A DNA stretch of 64,000 nucleotides, from positions 192,001-256,000 of the forward strand of contig CAWEPK010000008.1 in NCBI GenBank assembly GCA_963810935.1, written 5' to 3'. Source of the stretch: an uncultured delta proteobacterium. GTDB lineage: Bacteria; Desulfobacterota; Syntrophorhabdia; Syntrophorhabdales; WCHB1-27. The notes beneath the pieces were generated by a model. That model was not told the origin of the DNA. It saw only the letters and a program-made list of their open reading frames with translations, and did not search any database. Positions 1 through 11,289 of this stretch are shown here, in pieces (positions within the stretch are counted from its first letter, which is position 1; the number at the start of each line of letters is the position of its first letter). Position numbers and translations under genes: made by a program.

Positions 1-1036
1 GCAGATCAACAACTACGCCCCCGTGCGAGTCACGGGCAACGTCGACCTGTTCCAGCCCGAAACCCACGCGGACATCACGGCCACGGTGAGCGGCCTCGAC
101 CTGACCTCCATGTCGCCCTACTCGTCCCACTTCGTCGGGTACACGATACAGAGGGGCACGCTGACGCTCAACGCCAAATACTCCCTTGCCAACAAGCAGT
201 CCACAGCAAGCAACCGGGTGGGCCTGGGCCTGTTTGACCTGGGGCAGCACGTCCAGAGCCGTCCGGTTATCGACCTGCCCATCCGGATCGTTATCTCGAT
301 ATTGCGGGACCGGGAAGGCAACATCAACCTCGATATCCCGGTCAGCGGCGATCTTTCGAGCCCGCACTTCGCCTTCGGCAGCGCCGTATTGGGCGCGGTC
401 AAGAACGTCCTCGAAAAGATAGTCACATCGCCGTTCTCGTTCCTGGCCTCGCTCATCGGCTCCTCCGAGAAGGACCTCGGCTGGGTCGAGTTCGACTACG
501 GCAGCCCCGACGTCCCGCCGGCGGCCGGCAAAAAACTCGACCTGATAGCCAAGGCGATGGGCGCAAGGCCAAAGATGCGGACCAGCGTATCCGGCTATTC
601 TGACGTGGACGCCGACCGGGAGGCCCTGAAGCAGCAGCGTTTCCTCGACCTCCTCCGCGAGCAGAAGCTGAAGGAGACCCCCGGCGGGGCGCAAGGCCCC
701 GGCGCTCTGCGGCGGACCGACGTGACACCGGCCGAGTACACGAAATACCTTGAAAAGGCGTATCATGCCGCGAAGATAGATAAGCCGAAGAACGTCCTGG
801 GTTTTGACAAGTCCCTGCCGGCCGCCCAGATGGAGGATATCCTGCGTAAAAGCATCACGGTTACGGAGCAGGATTGCCGCAGTCTGGCCCTCGAACGGGC
901 CGTGAACGTGCGCACGGCCCTCGCCCGCCGCGAGATAGCGCCCGACCGGCTGATCGTCGCCGAGACAAACCCTCTCAATCCGCCCGAAAAGAAAGGCGTC
1001 AAAAGAAGCCGCGTCGAATTCGGAGTGCAGGAATAG
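1..1036 (+). CDS. DUF748 domain-containing protein, C-terminal part with OmpA-like region (5' end outside window)
   Basis: ORF open from the window edge; DUF748-type C-terminus (DLPIRIVISILRDREGNINLDIPVSGDLSSPHF..IVTSPFSFL) and OmpA-like end (LALERAVNVR..SRVEF). Confidence 0.75.
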   Translation, partial: QINNYAPVRVTGNVDLFQPETHADITATVSGLDLTSMSPYSSHFVGYTIQRGTLTLNAKYSLANKQSTASNRVGLGLFDLGQHVQSRPVIDLPIRIVISILRDREGNINLDIPVSGDLSSPHFAFGSAVLGAVKNVLEKIVTSPFSFLASLIGSSEKDLGWVEFDYGSPDVPPAAGKKLDLIAKAMGARPKMRTSVSGYSDVDADREALKQQRFLDLLREQKLKETPGGAQGPGALRRTDVTPAEYTKYLEKAYHAAKIDKPKNVLGFDKSLPAAQMEDILRKSITVTEQDCRSLALERAVNVRTALARREIAPDRLIVAETNPLNPPEKKGVKRSRVEFGVQE

Positions 1037-1236
1037 GCATACGGGCCGGCTACTTGTTCTGTCCGGCCGCCTCTCTTTCGAAGCCGGGCAGGATCGCCTG
1101 GACGAAGATTATTGCGGCTACCCGGGCAAACGTGCCTCTTCTCATTAAGAGAGCCTAGCCACTGTCTGCGCCTGCGTCAAGGAAGAGCTTGCTTGCCCTA
1201 TAATCCGTCTTCCGGGTGCCAACGTCTACGGCCGAT

Positions 1237-1863
1237 TTAGCCCCTTTTATCGAGTATGCCGTTCCACTCGGCGAGCTGGTCCTTGTAGTCTTCGGCCAGC
1301 TTCGAGTAGTCGCCTTTGATTGTAATGGAATCGATCTTGTCGCCTGCGGCTATGCTGTTGACGACGTCCTGGTCCTGCTGGCCGACGACCTGGCCGAAGA
1401 CGGTGTGCTTGTTGTCAAGCCACGGGGTCGCGACGTGGGTGATGAAGAACTGGCTGCCGTTCGTGTTGGGGCCCGAGTTGGCCATAGAGAGGATGCCCGG
1501 CCGCCTGTGGCGCAGCTCGCTCGAAAATTCGTCTTTGAACTCGTAGCCCGGCCCGCCGGTCCCGTTTCCCACGGGGTCTCCCCCCTGGATCATGAAGTCT
1601 GGTATCACCCTGTGGAAGGTAAGGCCGTCATAGAAGCCGCGCTTCGCCAGGTTTACGAAGCTAAGGACGGTCAGCGGCGTCTTGTCGGGGAACAGGTTCA
1701 GCCTGATATCGCCCCTCGTCGTGCTTATCGTTGCCTGCAATGGAGGATAGGACATTTTTTTACTCCAGTTTTGAGTGGTATTTTGTGCGCCGCAAATTCC
1801 AACAATGGCGACAACGGCGGCTATCGCCAAAAGGATGGACGTCCTTATATATCTCCTTTTCAT
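1237..1863 (-). CDS. Cyclophilin-type peptidyl-prolyl cis-trans isomerase with signal peptide
   Basis: [49 protein letters not shown] motifs; ATG at 1863 preceded by GAGGA RBS. Confidence 0.93.
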   Translation of the reverse strand: MKRRYIRTSILLAIAAVVAIVGICGAQNTTQNWSKKMSYPPLQATISTTRGDIRLNLFPDKTPLTVLSFVNLAKRGFYDGLTFHRVIPDFMIQGGDPVGNGTGGPGYEFKDEFSSELRHRRPGILSMANSGPNTNGSQFFITHVATPWLDNKHTVFGQVVGQQDQDVVNSIAAGDKIDSITIKGDYSKLAEDYKDQLAEWNGILDKRG

Positions 1864-2009
1864 AGCGCGCTCCTCGCTCGTTCTGTTCGTTTCGACATCG
1901 GGCACTAGAATAAGACCATCGGCAGTCCGTTGTCAATCGAAGCGCGATGGACCGTCCGGCGCCTCTTGATGTTGCTTGCTTCTTGCCTTGCGGGGATTAG
2001 ATTGAATGT

Positions 2010-2471
2010 GTGCACCGGCCGACGCCCAGCGCGATTTTCCGCCTCGTCATGTTGCCGCTACTCTGCATCGCCCTGGCCGGACTCCACGGGTGCGCCCTGT
2101 TGACCGCCCCCTTGGCCACTGCCGCTTTCGGCGGGGCCGGGCTGGCTCTCAAGGGCGCGGAGCTGCAAAAGGATATCAAGAAGGCCGATTCCTACGATGC
2201 TTTGGATATACCCTTCGAGCAGGCGTGGGACCTCTCCTTCACCGCACTTTTGGCCCTCGATATCGAGATCGTCAAGAGCGCGAGGACGCCCGCCCAGGAC
2301 GGCGGCGTGATCGAGGCCAGACTCAAAAAATTTAAGATAAAAGTTGTCGTCGCTGAGATAAACGACAAAATTACCGAGGTGGGCATCTGGGTCAAAAAGG
2401 ACAAAGCCCTCGCAGAGTTTCTCTCACGCAAGATCAGCGAGATATGCTGCTCGATGCGGCCTGTGGGCTGA
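2010..2471 (+). CDS. Putative lipoprotein (DUF3568-like)
   Basis: Signal peptide with lipobox-like LHGC, then Gly/Ala-rich stretch and small soluble domain; start codon uncertain. Confidence 0.55.
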   Translation: MHRPTPSAIFRLVMLPLLCIALAGLHGCALLTAPLATAAFGGAGLALKGAELQKDIKKADSYDALDIPFEQAWDLSFTALLALDIEIVKSARTPAQDGGVIEARLKKFKIKVVVAEINDKITEVGIWVKKDKALAEFLSRKISEICCSMRPVG

Positions 2472-2843
2472 TCAACGTGAACGCATTATTCTCTCGTAAT
2501 TGGCCCACACCAAGTCCTTGAGCGGTCTTCCTATGAAACCGCCCCCGTTCGTAGTCACCACCGTGAGTGAGCCTGCCCTCTGCCATGCAAGCCAATAATA
2601 GTCCCTTGCCGAGAGCATATTGCCCTCAAACTCCGCAAGGACGCCCATGTTATTGATAACGAAGGGGTCGGTCGGGTTCTCCGCGTAGGCTTGCAGCACC
2701 AAGTCCCGGTACCTGTCCGTGTCGCCCTTCTTGTAGCTGTCGATAGCCTGATCGACCAGGCCGTTCACCTTGCCCGCGCTGCACCCGCAGACGAGAACAA
2801 TACACGCAAAGAGCATAACGATAAGCGCTGATTTCTTCATCAT
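2472..2843 (-). CDS. Small TPR-like lipoprotein
   Basis: MKK..LVCGC signal/lipobox; TPR-like P.DPFVINNMGVLAEFEGN...ARDYY. Confidence 0.6.
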   Translation of the reverse strand: MMKKSALIVMLFACIVLVCGCSAGKVNGLVDQAIDSYKKGDTDRYRDLVLQAYAENPTDPFVINNMGVLAEFEGNMLSARDYYWLAWQRAGSLTVVTTNGGGFIGRPLKDLVWANYERIMRSR

Positions 2844-3035
2844 GTCCCCCAAGCCTGTCTATCCTCGCAAAAAATCAAAAACAACAATATAGGCTCGCTT
2901 GTCAATGATAAAATCATTTTGCCTGCGCGGAAAGGCGCGAAGGCCCTTATCGTGATACGCGTCTCCATCGCCCCGCTTTCTCTCTCGCTTCTATGGACTT
3001 AACTGTGCCCATCTGATAAAATACACGTTGACCGA

Positions 3036-5045
3036 ATGCCTGTATCAACAGCCTTCAAACATGGAAATCAGAACATATGTGCATGCCGGGGCAGACGGTG
3101 GACTGCGCCTTGCCGCGCACTCGTTGCCGTTATAGCACTGGTTGCCTGCCTGTCCGCCTGCGGCAACAACCCCTATCCGGCCGCTTCCGCAGGACAGGCC
3201 CTGTACACCGCCCTGGCCGAAGACCCCCGTACTCTCGACCCTGCGCAGGTGTCCGACGTAACGTCAGGCGAGATAACGAACCAGATCTACGACGCCCTCT
3301 ACCAGAACAGCTACCTCGACAGGCCCTACAAGGTCGAGCCGTCGCTGGCTGCCGGCTACCCGGAAAAGCGCATTTTTAACGAGGACGTGACGGAAAACGG
3401 CGTAGCAAAGAAAGTCGCCCGGATGGAGTACACATTCAGGCTGCGCGACGATATCTATTTCCAGGACGACCCGTGCTTTCCGAACGGCAAGGGGCGCCGC
3501 GTGACAGCGAATGATGTCATCTATTCCATCAAGAGGCTTGCCGACCCGCGGGTCCAGTCCACGGGGTTCTGGCTGGTGGCCGGCAAGATCGAGGGCATCG
3601 ACGACTTTTTCAAGAGGTCCGTAAAGGCGGGCAAGGCCGATTATTCCATGAACGTAAAGGGTCTGGAGGCGCCCGACGACCGGACGCTCAAAGTCACCCT
3701 TACGGAGCCCTATCCTGCCTTTATATACGTCATGGCCATGACCTATACAGCACCCGTGCCTTATGAGGCGGTCGAATATTACAACGCGCCGGGGCGCGAC
3801 GGCTTCTCCCGCCACCCCGTGGGCACCGGCGCATACAGGCTCAAGTCATGGAAGCGGCAGCACCGGATCGTGCTGGAGAAAAACCCGACTTTCAGGACCG
3901 AATATTACCCCTCGACAGGCGCACCCGGCGACAGGGAAAAAGGGCTGCTCGAGGACGCCGGCAGGAAGCTCCCCCTGACAAACGAGATCTTTTACACGAT
4001 CATACCGACGACCCAGCCCGTCTGGCTCCTCTTCCTCCAGGGATACCTCGACGCCTCCGGCATCCCGCAGGAGCAGTTCGACAGGGTCATCACGAGGCAG
4101 CTAGACCTTTCGGAAAGCTTCATCAAAAAAGGCATCAGCCTGGAGATAGGGAGCGACCTGGATGTCTACTACATCGCCTTCAACATGCGCGACCCTCTGC
4201 TCGGGAAAAACAAGTACCTGCGGCAGGCACTCTCGCTTTCGTACGACAGCGACCTGTTCAACCAGATATACCTGAACGGCCGCGCGATCAACGCGCAGGG
4301 CCCCCTGCCCCCGGGCGTCTTCGGCTACGACCCGTCCTTAAAGAACCCGTATAAGACCCATGACCTGGAGAAGGCCAGGGAGCTTATGGTAAAGGCAGGC
4401 TATCCCGGCGGCATCGACCCGCGCACGGGTAAGCAGTTGGAGCTTACCTACGATATCGGGGCGGATTCGGCCCGCGCCCGCGAGCAGGCGACCTTCGACA
4501 TGCGCTGCTTCGAGCAGCTCGGCATCAGGATAAAATTGCAGGTCAACACGTTCTCCCAGTATCTCGAAAGGACGATCAAGGGGACCTTCCAGATCGCCTC
4601 GTCGGGCTGGGTGGCCGACTACCCCGACCCGGAGAACTTCCTCCAGTTACTTTATGGCCCCAACCACCCCCCGAACCCGAACCACGCGGCATTCTCCAGC
4701 CCGGAGTACAACCGGCTCTACGAAAAGATGAAAGCAATGGACGACGGCCCGGAGAGGCTTGCTATAATAAGACAGATGGTGGCAATAGCGGTCGAGGAGT
4801 GTCCCTGGATATTCAACGTGCATACGCCCTCATACGTGCTGCGCCACTCCTGGTACAAGAACGGCAAGAACCACAGCATCACGGGCAACTATAAGAAGTA
4901 CCTGCGCATCGACCCGGAGGCGAGATCGGCTTACTGGCGCGCAGAGGACAGGCCCAACTACAGGGTCCTCATTTACGCTGCCGCTATCCTGCTGGCCCTC
5001 GCGCTGCCCGCCGTATTTATCAAGCGCAGACAGAGGAGGAAGTAA
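3036..5045 (+). CDS. oppA: Oligopeptide/dipeptide ABC transporter substrate-binding protein (family 5)
   Basis: LSAC lipobox, DPRTLDPA, PVGTGAY, GWVADYPDPENFL motifs; first gene of Opp operon; hydrophobic C-terminal helix. True start may be downstream. Confidence 0.9.
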   Translation: MPVSTAFKHGNQNICACRGRRWTAPCRALVAVIALVACLSACGNNPYPAASAGQALYTALAEDPRTLDPAQVSDVTSGEITNQIYDALYQNSYLDRPYKVEPSLAAGYPEKRIFNEDVTENGVAKKVARMEYTFRLRDDIYFQDDPCFPNGKGRRVTANDVIYSIKRLADPRVQSTGFWLVAGKIEGIDDFFKRSVKAGKADYSMNVKGLEAPDDRTLKVTLTEPYPAFIYVMAMTYTAPVPYEAVEYYNAPGRDGFSRHPVGTGAYRLKSWKRQHRIVLEKNPTFRTEYYPSTGAPGDREKGLLEDAGRKLPLTNEIFYTIIPTTQPVWLLFLQGYLDASGIPQEQFDRVITRQLDLSESFIKKGISLEIGSDLDVYYIAFNMRDPLLGKNKYLRQALSLSYDSDLFNQIYLNGRAINAQGPLPPGVFGYDPSLKNPYKTHDLEKARELMVKAGYPGGIDPRTGKQLELTYDIGADSARAREQATFDMRCFEQLGIRIKLQVNTFSQYLERTIKGTFQIASSGWVADYPDPENFLQLLYGPNHPPNPNHAAFSSPEYNRLYEKMKAMDDGPERLAIIRQMVAIAVEECPWIFNVHTPSYVLRHSWYKNGKNHSITGNYKKYLRIDPEARSAYWRAEDRPNYRVLIYAAAILLALALPAVFIKRRQRRK

Positions 5046-6029
5046 TTGGCCGCTTACATTCTCCGAAGACTTTTGCTCGCCGTCCCCACGGTGATCGGGG
5101 TCTGCCTCGTCACATTCTTCCTGTTCAGCGTCTTCGCGTCGCCCGACGCGATAGCCAGGAAGCAGCTCGGCAAGAACCCGACCGAAGTACAGGTGAAAAG
5201 CTGGATACACAACCACGGGATGGACAAGCCGATGTTCTTCAACCTTCAGCAGGGAAAGGACGGCCGCACGCATCCCTTCGACAGCCAGTTCTGGGACCAG
5301 ATGCGCGAGCTGGTTCTTTTCCAGTTCCCTCAGTCCGATTACCTGCACGAGAAGATGAGCAGCCTGCTCAAAGAAAAGATAGGCCCGTCCCTTACGCTGA
5401 CCATCCCGGCCTTTGTCCTGTCGATCCTGATAACCCTGCCCCTGGCGCTCTTTGTGGCCTATTACCGGGGCACGTACCTCGACCGGGTGGCCCTCTTTGT
5501 CTGCGTCATCCTCATGAGCATAGTCATACTCAACTACATCATTTTCGGCCAGTACATCCTGGCCGTCCTCTTGAAATATTTCCCGATCTACGGCTATGAG
5601 TTCGGCCTCGGGGCGTGGAAATTCCTGCTCCTGCCGGTGATCCTGGCGATCGCCGCCGGCCTGGGCGGGAACCTGCGCTTCTACAGGACCGTCATGCTCA
5701 ACGAGGTGCGGGCGGACTATGTGAGGACGGCTATGGCCAAGGGCTTGAGCGAGGAGAAGATACTCTTCAAGCACGTACTGAAGAACGCGATGATCCCCAT
5801 CCTGACGGTAACGGTGCTCTCGCTGCCGTTCCTCATCCAGGGCAGCCTGCTCCTGGAGATGTATTTCGGCATACCGGGCATGGGGAACATGATGCTCAAC
5901 GCCATCAGCAACGCCGATTACCCGGTCATACGGACGCTCGTCTACATCTATTCGCTATTTTATATCATGTTCTCCATTTTGACGGATATCAGCTATACGC
6001 TGGTAGACCCGAGGATCAAGTTCGAATGA
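5046..6029 (+). CDS. oppB: Oligopeptide ABC transporter permease
   Basis: MAAYILRRLL N-terminus, DYVRTAMAKGL..ILFKHVLKNAMIP EAA loop, DPRI end; TTG start. Confidence 0.92.
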   Translation: MAAYILRRLLLAVPTVIGVCLVTFFLFSVFASPDAIARKQLGKNPTEVQVKSWIHNHGMDKPMFFNLQQGKDGRTHPFDSQFWDQMRELVLFQFPQSDYLHEKMSSLLKEKIGPSLTLTIPAFVLSILITLPLALFVAYYRGTYLDRVALFVCVILMSIVILNYIIFGQYILAVLLKYFPIYGYEFGLGAWKFLLLPVILAIAAGLGGNLRFYRTVMLNEVRADYVRTAMAKGLSEEKILFKHVLKNAMIPILTVTVLSLPFLIQGSLLLEMYFGIPGMGNMMLNAISNADYPVIRTLVYIYSLFYIMFSILTDISYTLVDPRIKFE

Positions 6030-6039
6030 GGGTAGCTGC

Positions 6040-6975
6040 GTGAAGGAATCGCATTTAAAGATAGCGGCGCGAAGGATACGGAGGGACACGCTGGCCAAGG
6101 CCGCCTTCGCGGTCGTCTGCCTTTTTGCGCTGGTCGCCCTGATCGACGTAGTGCCTGTGCCGCACCATACGGCTGCGGGTCTGCGCTGGGACAGGACCGC
6201 CCTCGACGCCATATTTCAGAAGCCTGTCGAAAAGTCCTACTCGCCGCCCATGGCGACTACGGGCGTATTGAACCGGCAGGAGTTCCCCCTCAAGAGCCGC
6301 CATCTCCTCGGGACGAACAACCTGGGCGAGGACGTGCTTTATAATGCGTTCAAAGGCGTGCGGACCGCCTTCATAATAGGCATCGTCCCTTCCGTGCTGG
6401 CGGCCTTTTTCGCGGTGCTTCTGGGCCTGTTCGCCGGATATTACGGCGGAGTGATCGACGACGCGATACAGTACGTCTACCAGGTGCTCGCCTCCATTCC
6501 TGGTATATTGCTCCTTATCGCCATGCTCATGGTCATGGAGAGGGGGCTATGGCAGTTGTGCATCGCCCTTGGCGTCACCTCGTGGGTTGGCCTCTGCCGG
6601 CTCATCCGGGGCGAGACGCTCAAGGTAAAGAATATGGAATACGTGGAGGCCGCCCGCGCCCTGGGCGCAAGCGATCTCAGGATCCTCTTCCGCCACATAT
6701 TGCCTAACGTCATGTACCTCGTGATTATCGAGATGACCCTCGATTTCTCCGGCCTCGTCATGTCGGAGGCGGTGCTGACATACATCGGGGTCGGAGCGGA
6801 GCCGGGAACGGGGAGCTGGGGCAGGATGCTCATGACGGCGGACAGGGAAATCCCGAACGGCATCTGGTGGAACATCGGAGGGGCATCTATCTTCCTGTTC
6901 CTCCTGGTGCTCTCTTTCAACCTCTTTGCCGACAGCCTGCGGGACGCCCTGGACCCGCGCCTGAGGAAGGACTGA
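6040..6975 (+). CDS. oppC: Oligopeptide ABC transporter permease
   Basis: HLLGTNNLGEDV, EYVEAARALGAS..ILFRHILPN, LRDALDP motifs. Confidence 0.92.
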   Translation: MKESHLKIAARRIRRDTLAKAAFAVVCLFALVALIDVVPVPHHTAAGLRWDRTALDAIFQKPVEKSYSPPMATTGVLNRQEFPLKSRHLLGTNNLGEDVLYNAFKGVRTAFIIGIVPSVLAAFFAVLLGLFAGYYGGVIDDAIQYVYQVLASIPGILLLIAMLMVMERGLWQLCIALGVTSWVGLCRLIRGETLKVKNMEYVEAARALGASDLRILFRHILPNVMYLVIIEMTLDFSGLVMSEAVLTYIGVGAEPGTGSWGRMLMTADREIPNGIWWNIGGASIFLFLLVLSFNLFADSLRDALDPRLRKD

Positions 6976-6976
6976 C

Positions 6977-7956
6977 GTGGAAGAAGTACTGCGCATAGAA
7001 GACCTGCAAACTTACTTTTTCACGGACGAGGGAACAGCCAGGGCCGTGGACCGTATCTCCCTGTCCGTCGGCAAGGCCGGGACACTCGGCCTGGTCGGCG
7101 AATCGGGCTGCGGGAAATCGGTCACCGCCCTCTCCGTCCTCCGCCTCGTGCCGGGGCCGCAAGGCAAGATCGTCGGAGGCGCCATTCATCTTGCAGGCAC
7201 GGACATAACTATGTGCTCAGAGATCGAGATGCGCGACATCAGGGGCAGGCTGGCTTCGATGATCTTTCAGGAGCCGATGACGAGCCTCAACCCCGTATTC
7301 ACTATAGGGTCGCAGGTGATGGAGGCGGTCCGTGTCCATACCGGGATGGGCAGCAAGGAGGCGCGCGACATCGCCGTCGACTACCTTGCGAAAGTCGGCA
7401 TACCGGCGGCAGCCCAAAGGATGTCCGAATACCCGCACCAACTGTCCGGGGGTATGAAGCAGCGGGTGATGATAGCCATGGCGCTCTGCCTCAAGCCCGC
7501 GCTCCTGATAGCCGACGAGCCGACGACCGCCCTCGACGTGACGATCCAGGCAGGCATCCTGCGGCTGATAAAAGACATGCAGAGCGAGACGGGGGCGGCC
7601 GTGCTGCTCATTACGCACGACCTCGGCATCGTCGCCGAGATGGCCGACGACGTCGCAGTCATGTACGCGGGCAGGATAGCAGAATACGGGCCTTGCGCCT
7701 CCATCTTCGCCTCCTTCGTCCATCCTTACACGGAAGGGCTTTTCAAGAGCCTGCCGGGGAGGACGAATAAAGGCAAGCGGCTCTACACGATACCCGGCAC
7801 GGTGCCTTCCGCCCTCGCCTTCCCGCCGGGGTGCAGGTTCCATACGCGCTGCCCCCTCGTCCGTGAAAGGTGCAGGGTCGAGGACCCGCCGCTGGTCGAG
7901 GTTGCGCCGGGCCACAGGGCGGCCTGCTGGGTGCGCGCGCCGGAAGGCGGTGCGTC

Positions 7957-7960
<4 letters not shown>
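6977..7960 (+). CDS. oppD: Oligopeptide ABC transporter ATP-binding protein
   Basis: Walker A GESGCGKS, LSGGMKQR signature, ADEPTTALD, C-terminal GCRFHTRC. Confidence 0.93.
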
Positions 7961-8901
<941 letters not shown>

Positions 8902-8937
8902 TGGGGGCCGGGGTCTTTCCCTTGCCATCGAAAGGTA

Positions 8938-8966
8938 GTGACAAACGACTCTGCCACTGCTATATT
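8938..8966 (+). promoter_or_regulatory. Putative sigma70 promoter of the toxin-antitoxin pair
   Basis: GTGACA-17 nt-TATATT with extended -10 TG, upstream of AGGAGG RBS at 8991. Confidence 0.45.
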
Positions 8967-9002
8967 AATTATCAAGTAAGAGTAATACCTAGGAGGTTGG
9001 CG

Positions 9003-9227
9003 ATGAGGGTTACGTCGAAAGGGCAGGTGACGATTCCGCTAGAAATAAGGGATAAACTGGGAATACGCGCGAGTTCGGAAGTGGAATTCGAGCTACAGCC
9101 TGATGGAAAGGTTTGCCTTACAAGGATCGATAAGCCGGCCCGGCGTCATCTCCTTGTGAAAAAGATGAGGGGCAGGGCCACCACGCGCCTCAGCACAGAC
9201 AAGATCATGAAACTCACGAGGGGATGA
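9003..9227 (+). CDS. vapB: AbrB/MazE/SpoVT-family antitoxin
   Basis: MRVTSKGQVTIPLEIRDKLGI signature; AGGAGG RBS; 74 aa. Confidence 0.9.
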   Translation: MRVTSKGQVTIPLEIRDKLGIRASSEVEFELQPDGKVCLTRIDKPARRHLLVKKMRGRATTRLSTDKIMKLTRG

Positions 9228-9228
9228 G

Positions 9229-9639
9229 TTGGAGGCTCTCGTAGACAGCAACGTTATTCTCGACATCGTTACTGAAGACAAGCACTGGGCGTCCTGGTCG
9301 GCCAAGGCAGTAGAGGAGTGGGGCGGTATCCTGGTTATCAATCCCATAATCTATGCCGAGGTATCGATAGGATTCGATAGGATTGAAGACCTGGAAAATA
9401 TTTTGAGGAGAGAGTTGTTCCGGCGCGACCCTCTGCCTTGGGACGCTGCCTTTCTGGCCGGCAAGTGCTTTCTGAAATACCGCCAATCGGGCGGAAAGAA
9501 GACCTCGCCTCTTCCCGACTTTTTCATAGGGGCCCACGCGGCAGTGGCAGGAATGGCCTTGATTACGAGGGACGCGTCGAGGTATCAGACTTATTTCCCT
9601 GGAGTCAGGTTGGTGGCTCCCTTCACAAACACTCAATAA
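9229..9639 (+). CDS. vapC: PIN-domain VapC toxin
   Basis: LVDSNVILD, IYAE, LPDFFIGAHA, LITRD PIN motifs; directly after the antitoxin. Confidence 0.92.
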   Translation: MEALVDSNVILDIVTEDKHWASWSAKAVEEWGGILVINPIIYAEVSIGFDRIEDLENILRRELFRRDPLPWDAAFLAGKCFLKYRQSGGKKTSPLPDFFIGAHAAVAGMALITRDASRYQTYFPGVRLVAPFTNTQ

Positions 9640-9712
9640 TAAATTGACAAATCGCGCCTGATCTACACAAAATAATCGCATCCGTTAATCACTGACGCGA
9701 GGTGTTTTTCCC

Positions 9713-11263
9713 ATGAGCCTGCTCGAAGCGTATATCGTTACCTTTATCGCCAGCTTTTGCTCGCTCGTCATCGAGATGGTCGCCGGCCGCATCCTGGCGC
9801 CTTTCGTCGGCGTCTCCCTCTATACGTGGACGAGCATCATCGGGGTCATTCTGACCGGCATCAGCATAGGCGCTTACATCGGCGGCAAGCTCGTGGACCG
9901 CTACCCGCGCAGGAGCACGCTGGGCCTGCTCCTTCTGCTTTCGGGCATCGCAGCCCTGTGCATCATACCGCTAACGAACATGGTCGCCGCCTACCCTTTC
10001 CCCTTCTCTCTCATGTGGCGCATCTTCACGGTTACAGCGATCATCTTCTTCATACCCGGCTGCATACTCGGCACGATATCGCCCGTCGTTGTCAGGCTCA
10101 CCCTCCAGAGCCTCAATAAGGCAGGCAACGTCATAGGAAAGATTTACGCGTTCTCGACGCTCGGAGCCATCATAGGTACCTTTGCAACGGGGTTCCTGCT
10201 TATCTCGTGGATGGGCACGCGGAACATCATTTTCACGATGGGCGTCATCCTTATCCTCGCCGCCCTTTTTGCAGGCCGCCTCTTCACGCGCAAAGTCCTG
10301 TTCACCGCGATCGTCGTCCTCTGCGCCGTCTCGCTGGCGCCCATCTACATGTGGGCGTACAGGATGCCGGTTAATTTCCCCACGTATTTTTACAAGGAGA
10401 GCGACTACTACACGATCAAGGTGACAAAGACGAAAGGCAGGGACAAGACAACCCCCGTCGAGGCGCTGATACTCGACCACCTCATCCACTCTTACGTAAA
10501 CCTTGCAGATCCCCTGCACATAGAGTACGAGTACGAGCGGATATACGGCGAGATCCTCAAATGGATGTACGAGCCGCAAAGCAACTTCAGCACCCTGTCC
10601 ATAGGTGGCGGCGGCTACACGTTCCCCCGCTATATGGAGAAGACTTTTCCGAAGTCGCACGTCGACGTAGTGGAGATAGACCCCGAGGTCACCAACGTCG
10701 TCTACAACCAATTCGGCCTCCACAGGGATACGCGCATCCGGACGTTCAACACGGACGGGCGGTGGTACGTCATGAACTGCAAGGAGAAGTACGACGTAAT
10801 CATGACGGACGCGTTTAATGACATTTCAATACCCTATCACCTGACCACGAAAGAGTTCATAAAACAGCTCGACTCTATTATGAACGAGAACGGCATCCTG
10901 ATGTCGAACATCATAGACAACTTCCAGAAAGGGGCCTTTCTCCCTTCTTACATAAGAACGCTCGGAGAGGTCTTCGGCCCTGAGAACGTCTACCTCTTCT
11001 CCATCAGCCCCGAGTTCGAGAAGCTACGCATCAGCACATTCATCGTGGCCGCGACAAAGGGCGGACGGGACATGAAGAAGTTCGACGCCTGGCTGAAACA
11101 GGGGAACCACAACAAAGCGAAATCGGTCCTTGTCTCGGACGCACTGATGAAGGACCTCATGACCAAGCGGCACTCGATAGTCATTACGGACGACTACGCG
11201 CCCGTGGACAACCTGATCGCCCCCATATTCGAGGAGAGGTTCGGCTACAAGGGCAAGCGGTAA
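9713..11263 (+). CDS. Fused MFS-like membrane domain / spermidine synthase-like (SAM-binding) protein
   Basis: N-terminal TM helices (EMVAGRILAPFVGVSLYTW), then IGGGGY, VEIDPEV, YDVIMTDAF, TDDYAPVD. Confidence 0.88.
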   Translation: MSLLEAYIVTFIASFCSLVIEMVAGRILAPFVGVSLYTWTSIIGVILTGISIGAYIGGKLVDRYPRRSTLGLLLLLSGIAALCIIPLTNMVAAYPFPFSLMWRIFTVTAIIFFIPGCILGTISPVVVRLTLQSLNKAGNVIGKIYAFSTLGAIIGTFATGFLLISWMGTRNIIFTMGVILILAALFAGRLFTRKVLFTAIVVLCAVSLAPIYMWAYRMPVNFPTYFYKESDYYTIKVTKTKGRDKTTPVEALILDHLIHSYVNLADPLHIEYEYERIYGEILKWMYEPQSNFSTLSIGGGGYTFPRYMEKTFPKSHVDVVEIDPEVTNVVYNQFGLHRDTRIRTFNTDGRWYVMNCKEKYDVIMTDAFNDISIPYHLTTKEFIKQLDSIMNENGILMSNIIDNFQKGAFLPSYIRTLGEVFGPENVYLFSISPEFEKLRISTFIVAATKGGRDMKKFDAWLKQGNHNKAKSVLVSDALMKDLMTKRHSIVITDDYAPVDNLIAPIFEERFGYKGKR

Positions 11264-11289
11264 AGGGGCCTCTCGCGGCAGGCGTTGCG

